Shown piece after piece: positions 30,371 to 38,693 of a DNA stretch of 38,693 nt. The stretch is from Candidatus Zipacnadia bacterium. Its GTDB lineage: Bacteria > Armatimonadota > Zipacnadia > Zipacnadales > Zipacnadaceae. Location of the stretch: positions 1 to 38,693 of the forward strand of contig JALGTV010000001.1 of assembly GCA_029821215.1 (NCBI GenBank), written 5' to 3'. A program made the translations under genes and the position numbers. How positions within the stretch are numbered: position 1 is the stretch's first letter; every line of letters begins with the position of its first letter. A model generated the notes under the pieces. That model saw only the letters and a program-made list of their open reading frames with translations, did not search any database and had not been told where the DNA came from.

Positions 30371-30763
30371 CTACTCTGTATCTGGCTTGATCTCAGATTG
30401 GGCCGCATCCCGCTGCTGGAGCGCTTCTTTGACGCGCTGTTTGAGGGTGGTCAGGTCAGATGACTTAGTGACATAGGCATCCGCAGCCCAGGTCATAAAG
30501 TCGTCTTTGTAGCTGGAGTAGGCAGTGTTGAGAATGACAGGGAGCTGCCGGTTTCTATCCAGAATCCGACCGAGGGCCTCAATGCCATCCATACCGGGCA
30601 TGGCAATGTCCAACACCACCACGTCAACGCCTTGGTCGGTCACGGTAGCTATAGCCTCCTCCCCACTGCTGGCCAGCAGTACCTGGTAGCCTTCCTCCTG
30701 GAACTCCTCTTCGTACAGCAGTCGCTGATGCTCATCATCATCAACTATCAGCACTGTTGCCAT
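30371..30763 (-). CDS. Single-domain response regulator (receiver only)
   Basis: IVDDD, phosphoacceptor in LDIAMPGMDG, NTAY and K in VTKSSD; no output domain. Confidence 0.92.
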   Translation of the reverse strand: MATVLIVDDDEHQRLLYEEEFQEEGYQVLLASSGEEAIATVTDQGVDVVVLDIAMPGMDGIEALGRILDRNRQLPVILNTAYSSYKDDFMTWAADAYVTKSSDLTTLKQRVKEALQQRDAAQSEIKPDTE

Positions 30764-30811
30764 CGAAATGCCTCCTTTCAGGTAATGGTCTGGACGACTT
30801 AGGTGCTCACA

Positions 30812-32542
30812 TCACTGTTTATTCTCGGTAGGTATCGGGAAAGTGATAACAAAGGTACTACCCTCACCAGGTTGACTATGGACATGCAACTCACCGCCGT
30901 GCTCGCGGACGATGCCCTGGGTCAAGGTGAGTCCGAGACCGGTGCCGGTCCGCTTGGTGGTAAAAAAGGTATCAAAGATTTGATTAATGTGTTCTTCCGG
31001 GATGCCCTCACCAGTATCGGTTATTCGTATTTCTATTCCATCATCGCTTCGTTGAGCGCCAATGTACAGCTCGCCTCCGTCAAGCATAGCTTCCAGGGAG
31101 TTTCTGGTTAGATTCAAGATTACCTGATGCAACTGATTTTCATCCAAGTAGATTTCAGGTAGTCCCGCCGGGATGTCAATGTGCACCACTACGTCATAGG
31201 CCTCAGCGTCCTGGCGAACAATTTCGCCAATGTTTTCTATCAATGGTTTGACATCATGTAGGACGAGGTCGGGCTTGGCCGGCTGGGTGAAATCCAATAG
31301 GTTCTGCAAAATGGCTTCTAAACGCTGGACTTCTTCGATAATAATGTCGGCATCCCGTTTGATACGCTGGGCATTGTCGGGGTGACGGCTGATAGCCCGA
31401 GCAAAGCCGCCGATAGTAGTCAGAGGATTGCGGATTTCATGGGCGACAACCGCGGTAACTTGACCAATAGTGCTGAGCTTTTCGGCGCGGACCACCTCCT
31501 GCTGGGCCGCTTCCAATTGGCGGTAAGCGCTATCCAGTTCTTCCACGCGGCGGCGCAGTTCCTCATAAGTATGGGCGCTATCAATGGCCAGGGCGGCGTG
31601 GTTAGCCAGACCCGTCAGCAGTTGGACATCAGGCTCGGATATAGGTTGGCCGGTAATGGCGTTGCAGGCGATGATGGCCCCGATGGCTTTATCCTTGACT
31701 ACCAGCGGCGCTACCACGAACTCCTCGCTTCCCATCAATTGGCACAGCTTTTGGGCTGTCCGCTGATCACTATCGGTGGGTTTGACATGCACGGTTTGTC
31801 GGGCAGCTATGGCGCTCATGGGCAGGATGTCGGTCTCATCCATAGGGAAAACAAGCTGTTGGACCAGATTGTGCAGCGGTCTTTCGGAGGGCGGGGGCAG
31901 GCTGTCATAGTCAGCCAAAAAGTCCTCAAGGGTATAATGGCGCTGGGCAATATCCGCCCAGATTTGCCCGGCCTGCTCCGCACTCTCGGGCCCTACGGCC
32001 ATCTCCGCCCGCAGCATCTGCTCCTCTTCGTCAATCAGCAGTAATATGGCCCGATTAAAACCCAGGCCGGCCGCACCGCCAGCGGTCAACCCGGTTAGAA
32101 TCGCATGGAGTAGACGGGGTAACTCGACGATACCTAACATGGCCTGGGTTATCTGCTGAAGAATACGCTGTTGGTACACCTGACGGTGGCGGTCAGTGAC
32201 ATCCTCAATAGTCAGTAGTAAGTGAGGCGGATCGTGTGAGGAACAGCGGTCCAAGCGAATATCAATTATTCTCTCAGTATGGTCGGCAGTTGGCTGGCGA
32301 TACCCGGACCACCTAACCCGCTGGCCGGTGCGGAGGGTGGCGTGCATAGCCTCGGCCAGGCCAGCCTCCTTTAGAATGGTATCAGGAAATACCTGGGCAA
32401 TATTTTTGCCGATTACTTCCTCGGCGGGCAGGCCGCGCAATTGGCAGTAGGCTGCATTGGCGTAGACGATGTTCAGGTCAGTGTCCAACACTAACAGCCT
32501 GATGGGCAGTTCGGAGAGCACACATTCCCAAAAGGTCGGCAT
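30812..32542 (-). CDS. Cytoplasmic PAS-GAF histidine kinase
   Basis: PAS (IVYANAAY...EEVIGK), GAF-like region, H-box AHEIRNPL, N-box NLTRNS, G1 DTGEGI, G2 GTGLGL; no TM helix. Confidence 0.92.
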   Translation of the reverse strand: MPTFWECVLSELPIRLLVLDTDLNIVYANAAYCQLRGLPAEEVIGKNIAQVFPDTILKEAGLAEAMHATLRTGQRVRWSGYRQPTADHTERIIDIRLDRCSSHDPPHLLLTIEDVTDRHRQVYQQRILQQITQAMLGIVELPRLLHAILTGLTAGGAAGLGFNRAILLLIDEEEQMLRAEMAVGPESAEQAGQIWADIAQRHYTLEDFLADYDSLPPPSERPLHNLVQQLVFPMDETDILPMSAIAARQTVHVKPTDSDQRTAQKLCQLMGSEEFVVAPLVVKDKAIGAIIACNAITGQPISEPDVQLLTGLANHAALAIDSAHTYEELRRRVEELDSAYRQLEAAQQEVVRAEKLSTIGQVTAVVAHEIRNPLTTIGGFARAISRHPDNAQRIKRDADIIIEEVQRLEAILQNLLDFTQPAKPDLVLHDVKPLIENIGEIVRQDAEAYDVVVHIDIPAGLPEIYLDENQLHQVILNLTRNSLEAMLDGGELYIGAQRSDDGIEIRITDTGEGIPEEHINQIFDTFFTTKRTGTGLGLTLTQGIVREHGGELHVHSQPGEGSTFVITFPIPTENKQ

Positions 32543-32573
32543 CTTTGCCTCTTTCCTATCTCAGCGCAGCCGG

Positions 32574-33599
32574 CTATCCGTTATCGTTGCGCAGGTACTC
32601 GGCAGCATCTTCAGGGGATACCGGGTTGATGTAAAAGCCGGTTCCCCACTCAAACCCCGCCACTTTGGTCAATCGCGGCATTATCTCTATGTGCCAGTGA
32701 TAGTCGTACTTAATGCTACTCCAGTAATCCGCATGGCCGGGACGAGGAAGGATATTAGGAGATGTCTGGACCATCATATTATAAGCAGGATCGCCCAACA
32801 CGGTCTTGTACTTGGTCAGGATAAAGTGCAGCGCGTCGGCGAGCAACAGACACTGCTCATCACTCATAAGTGTGAAGTCGTAGCTATGCTGGAGCGGATA
32901 AATGGTCACCGAGAAGGGAAATCGTGCCGCGTAGGGCGAGAGGATGATGAACTGGTCGTTTTGGTAGATGAGTCGGTCAGGCAGAGCCAGTTCCTGCTCA
33001 ATCAAATCGCAGAATATGCAGCGCTCCTTTTGGCGATAGTGGTTACGGGCAGATTGCAGCTTGTCTCTAACAATCTTGGGTACAATGGGCAGGGCAATTA
33101 GCTGGGAGTGGGGATGAGTTAGCGAGGCACCAGCGGCCGCGCCATAGTTGCGGAATATCATTATATGGCGAAATCGCTTGTCACGGCGCAGGTCACAAGT
33201 GCGCTGTTCAAAGGCAGTCAAGATGTCTACTATCTGCTCTAGGGGAACGTCGGCTATATCGGCGTTGTGGTCGGGAGCTTCAATGATTACTTCGTGAGCT
33301 CCCACGCCATTCATGTGATCAAATAAGCCGATACCTGAGCGCATCACTTCCCCCTCTATGGCCAGGGCCGGAAACTTGTTGGGGACCACCCGTACCCGCC
33401 AGCCGGGGGTGTTGGGCGGGGTGCCATCGCGGATAGCAAAGACCTCCGGCGGGGTTTTATCTTCATTGCCTTCGCATAGCGGACATCCCACGGGGCTGGT
33501 GGGCTGTGGAGCGGGTTTGAAGTCCGAGGGCCGCTGCCCGCGTTCGGCGGCGATGATTACCCACCGGTCCACAATAGGATCTTTACGTAGTTCCGACAT
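32574..33599 (-). CDS. galT: GalT-family hexose-1-phosphate nucleotidylyltransferase (possibly ADP-glucose phosphorylase-like)
   Basis: SELRKDP...RP, CPLC, VPNKFPAL, GASLTHPHSQ (HxHxQ) and AGFEWGTG motifs. Confidence 0.88.
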   Translation of the reverse strand: MSELRKDPIVDRWVIIAAERGQRPSDFKPAPQPTSPVGCPLCEGNEDKTPPEVFAIRDGTPPNTPGWRVRVVPNKFPALAIEGEVMRSGIGLFDHMNGVGAHEVIIEAPDHNADIADVPLEQIVDILTAFEQRTCDLRRDKRFRHIMIFRNYGAAAGASLTHPHSQLIALPIVPKIVRDKLQSARNHYRQKERCIFCDLIEQELALPDRLIYQNDQFIILSPYAARFPFSVTIYPLQHSYDFTLMSDEQCLLLADALHFILTKYKTVLGDPAYNMMVQTSPNILPRPGHADYWSSIKYDYHWHIEIMPRLTKVAGFEWGTGFYINPVSPEDAAEYLRNDNG

Positions 33600-33804
33600 G
33601 CGTCCACCTCCAATGGATACCTGGGGACAGGGTAGGTACGGTTGCTCTCAATTCAGCAAGACGATAGTCACAGTCTCAAGATACCAACACCAGCGGCGCA
33701 CATATCGCTTTGCCTTGACAGTATCCTTACGCGATATATTTCGGCATTTGGGCTACAATTCCTTTACTCCCGCAGCAATTTATGTGCCTAATATGAGGTC
33801 GGTC

Positions 33805-33834
33805 TTGGTATGGAGGGCAGCGCAGTGGTATAAT
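33805..33834 (+). promoter_or_regulatory. Putative sigma70 promoter for the 33879 operon
   Basis: TTGGTA (33805-33810), 18-nt spacer, extended TGg-TATAAT (33829-33834). Confidence 0.55.
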
Positions 33835-33878
33835 GAGAAGTAGCATTCGGTTTAACATCAATTCACATAATTATATGC

Positions 33879-34727
33879 ATGGGTAATAATCACGGTCGTA
33901 ACAACGTACTGTATAGGCAATGCCGGGCAGGTGATGCTGAGGCCCTGGTAGCATTTGTTTATCAGATCAGCGATGAACTGTATGCCGCCGCCCGACAGGT
34001 CACGGGCAACGACCGTCAAGCGAGCGAGGTTGTCAGCCAGACGTGGGATCAGTTACTTCAGGCGCTGAAAAGGTGGAGATTTGGCGGGCATCTACGCGCC
34101 CGGACTTTCCATATATTGCAGCGGATTCTTACCTCTACGGTGGGGCCTGGAGTTGCCCAGCAAGCAGTAGACTCAGTACAGTCAGCGTCGGTGGCGACAG
34201 CAGAAGCTGGTGTCGTGGCTCCGGAGGAGCTGGTCGCCGAGCTGGTGGACGAAACCCAGAAGCAGGCGCCTAATATTGCCCGGGCGGCGCGGGCTCGGCG
34301 GCGCCGAACGCGGGTGGCGCTGGCCGCATCTGGGTTGCTGGCCGCAGCCATTATCAGTGTGGGCGTTGGCCTATATGGGCAGTTGCTGCAGGCCAATAGT
34401 CCCCAGGTGCGATTTGAGTGCCTGCAACAGCGCATTAGTGAGGACCATCTGGTGGCGGCGCTACGCGATGCCAGTGCCCAACTGGCCTATGCCGAAGGTG
34501 GAGAGGAGCTGCAAGCCCAGGCCTACCACCGCACGGGACTGGTGTTAGAAGAAATTATTAACGCGGCGGGGCTGGCCGACCTGAACCACCTGTACTACAT
34601 CAAGCAGCGAATAGACAGTGAAGAGCTGACCGAGGCTATCCGAGCAGCCGCCTGGGATAGCTCCGGCCCTACTCGCCAGGACCTTATGCACATCGCGTTG
34701 GTGCTGGAGGAGGTGGAGAACTGGTGA
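33879..34727 (+). CDS. Membrane-anchored protein with a degenerate ECF sigma-70 region-2-like N-terminus and no region 4
   Basis: CRAGDAEAL...LYAAARQVTGNDRQASEVVSQTW aligns by eye to the ECF sigma-2 pattern. It is followed by RRRR, a TM helix (VALAASGLLAAAIISVGVGLY) and a helical C-terminal domain. Confidence 0.6.
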   Translation: MGNNHGRNNVLYRQCRAGDAEALVAFVYQISDELYAAARQVTGNDRQASEVVSQTWDQLLQALKRWRFGGHLRARTFHILQRILTSTVGPGVAQQAVDSVQSASVATAEAGVVAPEELVAELVDETQKQAPNIARAARARRRRTRVALAASGLLAAAIISVGVGLYGQLLQANSPQVRFECLQQRISEDHLVAALRDASAQLAYAEGGEELQAQAYHRTGLVLEEIINAAGLADLNHLYYIKQRIDSEELTEAIRAAAWDSSGPTRQDLMHIALVLEEVENW

Positions 34728-36544
34728 GAAACCAGCGTCCGGATACCTCTGACCCTCTAAGGCGGGTTAGCCCGGTTGACTTGATAGTTGCTGTGGCCGT
34801 GGTAGTGTGTGTATTGGGCTGCACGACCCGGGCCCAGCGATTATATCGCCGGGCAGAAGCGTTCTTAGCCCAGGACCAATGTCAGTTAGCTGCGGTGGAG
34901 TATAATCGCATCGTGAAAGATAGCCCCCAGGATCCGCTGGCTGATGATGCCTTATACAAACTTGCCTATCTATACCGTGAAGAACTGGACAACTCGACAG
35001 CAGCTCTGCAAAGCTACCGGTATCTGGCAGATAACTACCCTGACAGTAGCTTCGCGGATGATGCCCTATTATGGATAGTCTACATGGGGCGGCGTGATCT
35101 GCATAGTCCTGATGTGGTGGTTTCGGCCTGTCGGGAAATTGACCAGCGGTTTGCCGATGATTCGCGCCTGCGCGCCCAGGCGTGGCTGGAGGCGGCTCGT
35201 GCATACCGGGATGCTGGGCAGCTACAAGAGGCGCGGCGGCGGTGCGAAGCCATTATTGAGGATTTTGGGGATGAACAAGCGGTTGCCGCCGCCGCGAGCC
35301 TGATGGTGGCTGATATTGCCCGGGAGCAGTCCACTGATCCGCAGATGGTGGTTGCACTTTATGAGCAAGTAATCAAGCAGTATCCTCAGACACGGGCGGC
35401 AGCTAAGGCGCGGCAAGCCGCCGGCTGGGTATATTACGGTGTGAAAGCCAAAAGTGATGAGCAGCGGTTGGCCCAACAACGCCGACAGGCCCAGGTGCTT
35501 GAGGGTGTGCCTCCCATTGATTCCTATCCTAATCGGCCAGCTATTGAACTGCTATCGGCCATGCAGTCTCTGCTTCAACAGGCCGGTGCTCCCACTTCGC
35601 TGGACGAGTTAATGGTGCTCTCGGGGTTAGCCTTTGGTTTCTGTTGCGATCTGGACCACCCGGAAGGCATTGACCGCTTCTATCGTAATCCGCTAACCCT
35701 GTTGGCCGAGGAAATGGGCTTCGGCTATAATCTGTGGGGCTTTGCCGAGACGTCAAATGCACTGGCGGCGGTTACTAAAAGCCTGCAAAGCAGCCGCCCG
35801 TTGCTAATAAGCTATGGCAAGCCACAACCCCGACCCGCCCTGATAATCGGTTATAAGCCAGCGGACAAGGAATTGCACTTAACACTGCCCGGCCGCGGCA
35901 GTGTGGTCGTCAGTGAAGAGGCGTTCGCCGAGCAATGGAAGACCGCCCAATTCCCCCGACTGTGGACTCCACCACCGGAGACAGGCTGTCAATTCTCACT
36001 GACTACCTGCCGCGAGCAGTCCTCGGAAACTGCCAGAATCAAGAGTGCTGCCTTGCGAGCGGCTCTGGCTCTGGATCAGCCCAAACTGATGGGGGCGCCG
36101 GCGGGGCGGGCGGGCTACGAAGCATTCCTGAGTCATATCCGCAACTGCCTGCCCTCAGAAGCGACTGCGGCGCGGCAGCAACTAAGCCAGTGGACTGGTG
36201 TTGTGATCCCCAGAATCACCTTTGCCCGCCGAGCCGCCGCCCAGTACCTGAGCCGGTTTCCGGCCAGCCTGCGCGGGCCGGCCCGGCTCTCCCTGGCGGC
36301 TGCCAGTGACAGTTATAACGACCTGGTCCAGCGTTGGGGCCAGCTTGGTGAAGAAATTGAGAAGGCCACCGAGCAGCCGCGCTCGCCGGTGTCATCATCG
36401 GCTTCACCCCAACAAGATGAGATCTGGAGGCAAATACTCCAGGAGGCCGAAACTATTTGCAACCAGGAGCAGCAAACACTGCAGGATTTGGCAGCAGCGT
36501 TACGGGATATTGAAACGGGGATAGTAACCGAGCCAGGGGGGTAG
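34724..36544 (+). CDS. TPR lipoprotein (BamD/YbgF-like repeats) with a C-terminal BtrH/C39-like domain
   Basis: Lipobox VLGC after a hydrophobic stretch; TPRs (PLADDALYKLAY, YPDSSFADDAL, YPQTRAA); SLDELMVLSGLAFGF and LIIGY. Start overlaps the upstream stop (GTGA). Confidence 0.65.
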   Translation: MRNQRPDTSDPLRRVSPVDLIVAVAVVVCVLGCTTRAQRLYRRAEAFLAQDQCQLAAVEYNRIVKDSPQDPLADDALYKLAYLYREELDNSTAALQSYRYLADNYPDSSFADDALLWIVYMGRRDLHSPDVVVSACREIDQRFADDSRLRAQAWLEAARAYRDAGQLQEARRRCEAIIEDFGDEQAVAAAASLMVADIAREQSTDPQMVVALYEQVIKQYPQTRAAAKARQAAGWVYYGVKAKSDEQRLAQQRRQAQVLEGVPPIDSYPNRPAIELLSAMQSLLQQAGAPTSLDELMVLSGLAFGFCCDLDHPEGIDRFYRNPLTLLAEEMGFGYNLWGFAETSNALAAVTKSLQSSRPLLISYGKPQPRPALIIGYKPADKELHLTLPGRGSVVVSEEAFAEQWKTAQFPRLWTPPPETGCQFSLTTCREQSSETARIKSAALRAALALDQPKLMGAPAGRAGYEAFLSHIRNCLPSEATAARQQLSQWTGVVIPRITFARRAAAQYLSRFPASLRGPARLSLAAASDSYNDLVQRWGQLGEEIEKATEQPRSPVSSSASPQQDEIWRQILQEAETICNQEQQTLQDLAAALRDIETGIVTEPGG

Positions 36545-36581
36545 TTGAGGCACGGGAGGGTAGTGGGGACCTTAGCTGACA

Positions 36582-37409
36582 ATGCTTCTATCGCGCGAAA
36601 TCCGCAGAAAAATAGCCGCACTTGGCCATGCTCACCCCGAAGCGGAGGTGGATGCAGAGGAGGAGACGGGTAGCCAGCCCCCGCAGCCGGTCCAGGTGGT
36701 CACCGCCCGCCGCCAGTTGCCTCCGGGCGGGGAACTGAGCGGCGAACTGGGACCATATTTTAGCGCCCGCTTTAAGCCCTGCTGGACGGGAAAGTGGGCC
36801 ACGCAGGTGGCGTCCGCGGCCCTGAGGGCACTAACCGAGCAGCTCCCACTCCTGTTTGCTGAGCGTCATCAGGTGGCATTTATAGACATTGAAACGACCG
36901 GCCTGTCCTCCATGCCCCTATTTCTGGTGGGGGTGCTGCATGTTGGGACTGACGGGGCGCATATCCACCAATTTCTGGCCCGCGATTATACCGAAGAGGC
37001 GGCGGTGCTGGCCGCGACGGCTGACCTACTCAGCCTCACACAGCTTCTGGTCAGCTTCAATGGCCGCTCCTTTGACATACCCTACATTCACAATCGCCTC
37101 CGTTACCATCGCCTCGCCCAGGCCATAGAGGTAGCCCACCACTGGGATGTTCTGCTGACGGCGCGGCGGCTGCTGAAGACCGGTGTACCTGACCGCTGCC
37201 TGCAAACCCTGGAACTGCACCTGTGTGGCCGCCAGCGGGGCGATGACATCCCCAGCCATCTGATACCCCGGGCCTATCATGATTATGTAGCCAGTGGTGA
37301 TGACAGCCAGGTGGCTGTTATCCTGTATCACAATCAAGTTGACCTGCTTACCACCGCCGAATTAGCCGCCCGCTGGGCCGAGCACGCGCCGGTGCCGGCT
37401 GCGAAGTAA
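36582..37409 (+). CDS. YprB-like RNase H-fold (DEDD) exonuclease domain protein
   Basis: FIDIETTGL, SFNGRSFDIPY, LQTLE...RGDDIP and YHNQVD motifs. Confidence 0.82.
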   Translation: MLLSREIRRKIAALGHAHPEAEVDAEEETGSQPPQPVQVVTARRQLPPGGELSGELGPYFSARFKPCWTGKWATQVASAALRALTEQLPLLFAERHQVAFIDIETTGLSSMPLFLVGVLHVGTDGAHIHQFLARDYTEEAAVLAATADLLSLTQLLVSFNGRSFDIPYIHNRLRYHRLAQAIEVAHHWDVLLTARRLLKTGVPDRCLQTLELHLCGRQRGDDIPSHLIPRAYHDYVASGDDSQVAVILYHNQVDLLTTAELAARWAEHAPVPAAK

Positions 37410-37476
37410 CGGACTCTCCAATTAAAGTGATCTCGCGGGGACAGAAGCGATTCGGAGGGGCCGCCTGGAGCGTAGA

Positions 37477-37500
37477 CTTCGGCGAGCTCAGTTCGAGCCG
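37477..37500. repeat. Short REP-like element related to the one at 6728-6742
   Basis: CTTCGGCGAGCTCAG versus CTTCGGCAGGCTCAG (13/15 identical); both are intergenic. Confidence 0.4.
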
Positions 37501-37544
37501 CGAGGTTGGCCCATACATGGTTCGGCAAAAGGAGGCATTGAGCG

Positions 37545-37718
37545 ATGAAAGTGGCAATCATTGGTGCTGGGCATTGGCATGTCTCAGTCTACTATGTGCC
37601 GGCCTTGAAGAAGCTGGATGTGGATATGGTGGCTACCCTGCGGGTAATGAACGCGGCTTTACGGTCCGCCCAGACTGGCCAGCCGGTGCGGATGGACAGT
37701 GAGGATGAAGATAACTGA
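37545..37718 (+). pseudogene. Internally deleted Gfo/Idh/MocA oxidoreductase remnant (57 aa)
   Basis: RBS AGGAGG. MKVAIIGAGHWH (Rossmann start) is fused in frame to TLRVMNAALRSAQTGQPVRM, a typical Gfo/Idh/MocA C-terminus. Confidence 0.7.
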
Positions 37719-37993
37719 ATCGGCGACTCCCAGGCTGCTACCCCTATATGCCCAACCACAGCCCGTTTCCCCTCCCGCCCTCAGCAAGAAGGAATAAATT
37801 GGGTCATCACAGAAATGTTAACCGATAGCGGGGAAGCGAGTGGAGTGATGCTCGTAGCCATGGCAGAGAGGACAGTGGTGGATTGGATTAGGGTACGCTG
37901 AAAAGAAGGTCATTTCCTGTTGATTTGCGAGGCGAGGTATCAGTGACTATCTGTGAACGTTGTGGAGGAGCTGATCCCCATAAATGCTTTTCT

Positions 37994-38693
37994 ATGATTA
38001 GTAAAACGGTCGCTGGAGTACTTCTGTGTAGTATTCTGGCGGGACTGCCGGCGGTGGGGGCACCGATTCTGGACCCCGCCCATATACAGGAGGCAACTCT
38101 GGACAATGGCCTGCGGGTAATCGTGAAGCAGGAACGTTATTGGCCGGTCGCCGCGCTGGCCCTGGTTGTTAAGACGGGCTCTTTGCACGAGAGCAGTGAG
38201 AACGCCGGTGTTGCCCACATGATTGAACATCTGCTGTTTGAAGACCCTGCCAATGAAGAGGCACTGGGGCCCTGGATTGAGGATATGGGGGGGTATGTCA
38301 ATGCCCAGACCTGGCGAGATTTCACCCAGCTTACCATTGCGGTGGCCAGCGAATTCATCCCGGAGGTGCTGCCGCGCGTGGCCACCGGGGTTTTTGCTGC
38401 TCAGTTTACTGACGAACAGATAGCCCGCCAGCGGCAGATAATCACCCGCGAGATGGCTGACCGGTACACTTCCGTGGATGCAATGATGGACAAGTTGACC
38501 TGGGATATGGCCTTTACCCAGCATCCCTACCAGCGCCCCATCCCGGGGACTGCTGAGACGGTGGCAGCTCTTACCAAAGCAGAGGTAGAGGACTTCTACA
38601 ACAGATTCTATGTTCCCAGTAATGCTGCGCTGCTGGTGGTAGGAGATGTACAAGCTGATGAATTCATCCAGCTCGCCGCCGCCAGTTTCGGCG
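37994..38693 (+). CDS. M16 family (insulinase/pitrilysin) zinc peptidase, 3' truncated by window edge (alternative GTG start 37943)
   Basis: Absent from the ORF track because it has no stop in the window. Signal peptide-like N-terminus, TLDNGLRVIV, inverted zinc motif HMIEH, HPYQRPIPG and FYVPSNAALLVVGD. Confidence 0.88.
   Translation, partial: MISKTVAGVLLCSILAGLPAVGAPILDPAHIQEATLDNGLRVIVKQERYWPVAALALVVKTGSLHESSENAGVAHMIEHLLFEDPANEEALGPWIEDMGGYVNAQTWRDFTQLTIAVASEFIPEVLPRVATGVFAAQFTDEQIARQRQIITREMADRYTSVDAMMDKLTWDMAFTQHPYQRPIPGTAETVAALTKAEVEDFYNRFYVPSNAALLVVGDVQADEFIQLAAASFG

Noticed and set aside
37943..37993. CxxC...HxC in the possible N-terminal extension of the M16 peptidase
   Set aside because: It depends on an uncertain GTG start and would precede the signal peptide, so there is not enough support for a metal-binding motif.

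Overview
A GC-rich (roughly 55-60% by eye) chromosomal window from a diderm bacterium. The SLH-porin and the FlgD-Ig-tailed secreted protease would fit an Armatimonadota-like lineage, but that is inference only. In order, it holds: the 3' end of leuA; a reduced cell-division cluster murC-ftsQ-ftsA with no ftsZ; an orphan tandem zinc-finger anti-sigma-like membrane protein behind an ECF-type promoter; a complete F1Fo ATP synthase operon (short delta subunit, MITE/REP-like insert before atpB); an OmpM/SlpA-like SLH-porin with a collagen Gly-X-Y segment; ThuA-like and Gfo/Idh/MocA genes; a large secreted S8 protease; a Trm112-methyltransferase fusion; an unannotated, strongly promoted structured RNA candidate; hsp20-lon; a GH127-like enzyme; a galT-histidine kinase-receiver-glgC-glgA operon; a sigma-2-only membrane-anchored ECF-like protein coupled to a TPR lipoprotein and a YprB-like nuclease; and the start of an M16 peptidase. 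Two small gene remnants are missing from the ORF track. I saw no tRNA, rRNA, CRISPR array or transposase. The best novelty candidates are the sigma-2/TM plus TPR-lipoprotein module, the collagen-stalked SLH-porin, the ncRNA at about 22.43-22.69 kb, and the two-component pair embedded in the glycogen operon. All family calls come from motif recognition, not database searches.
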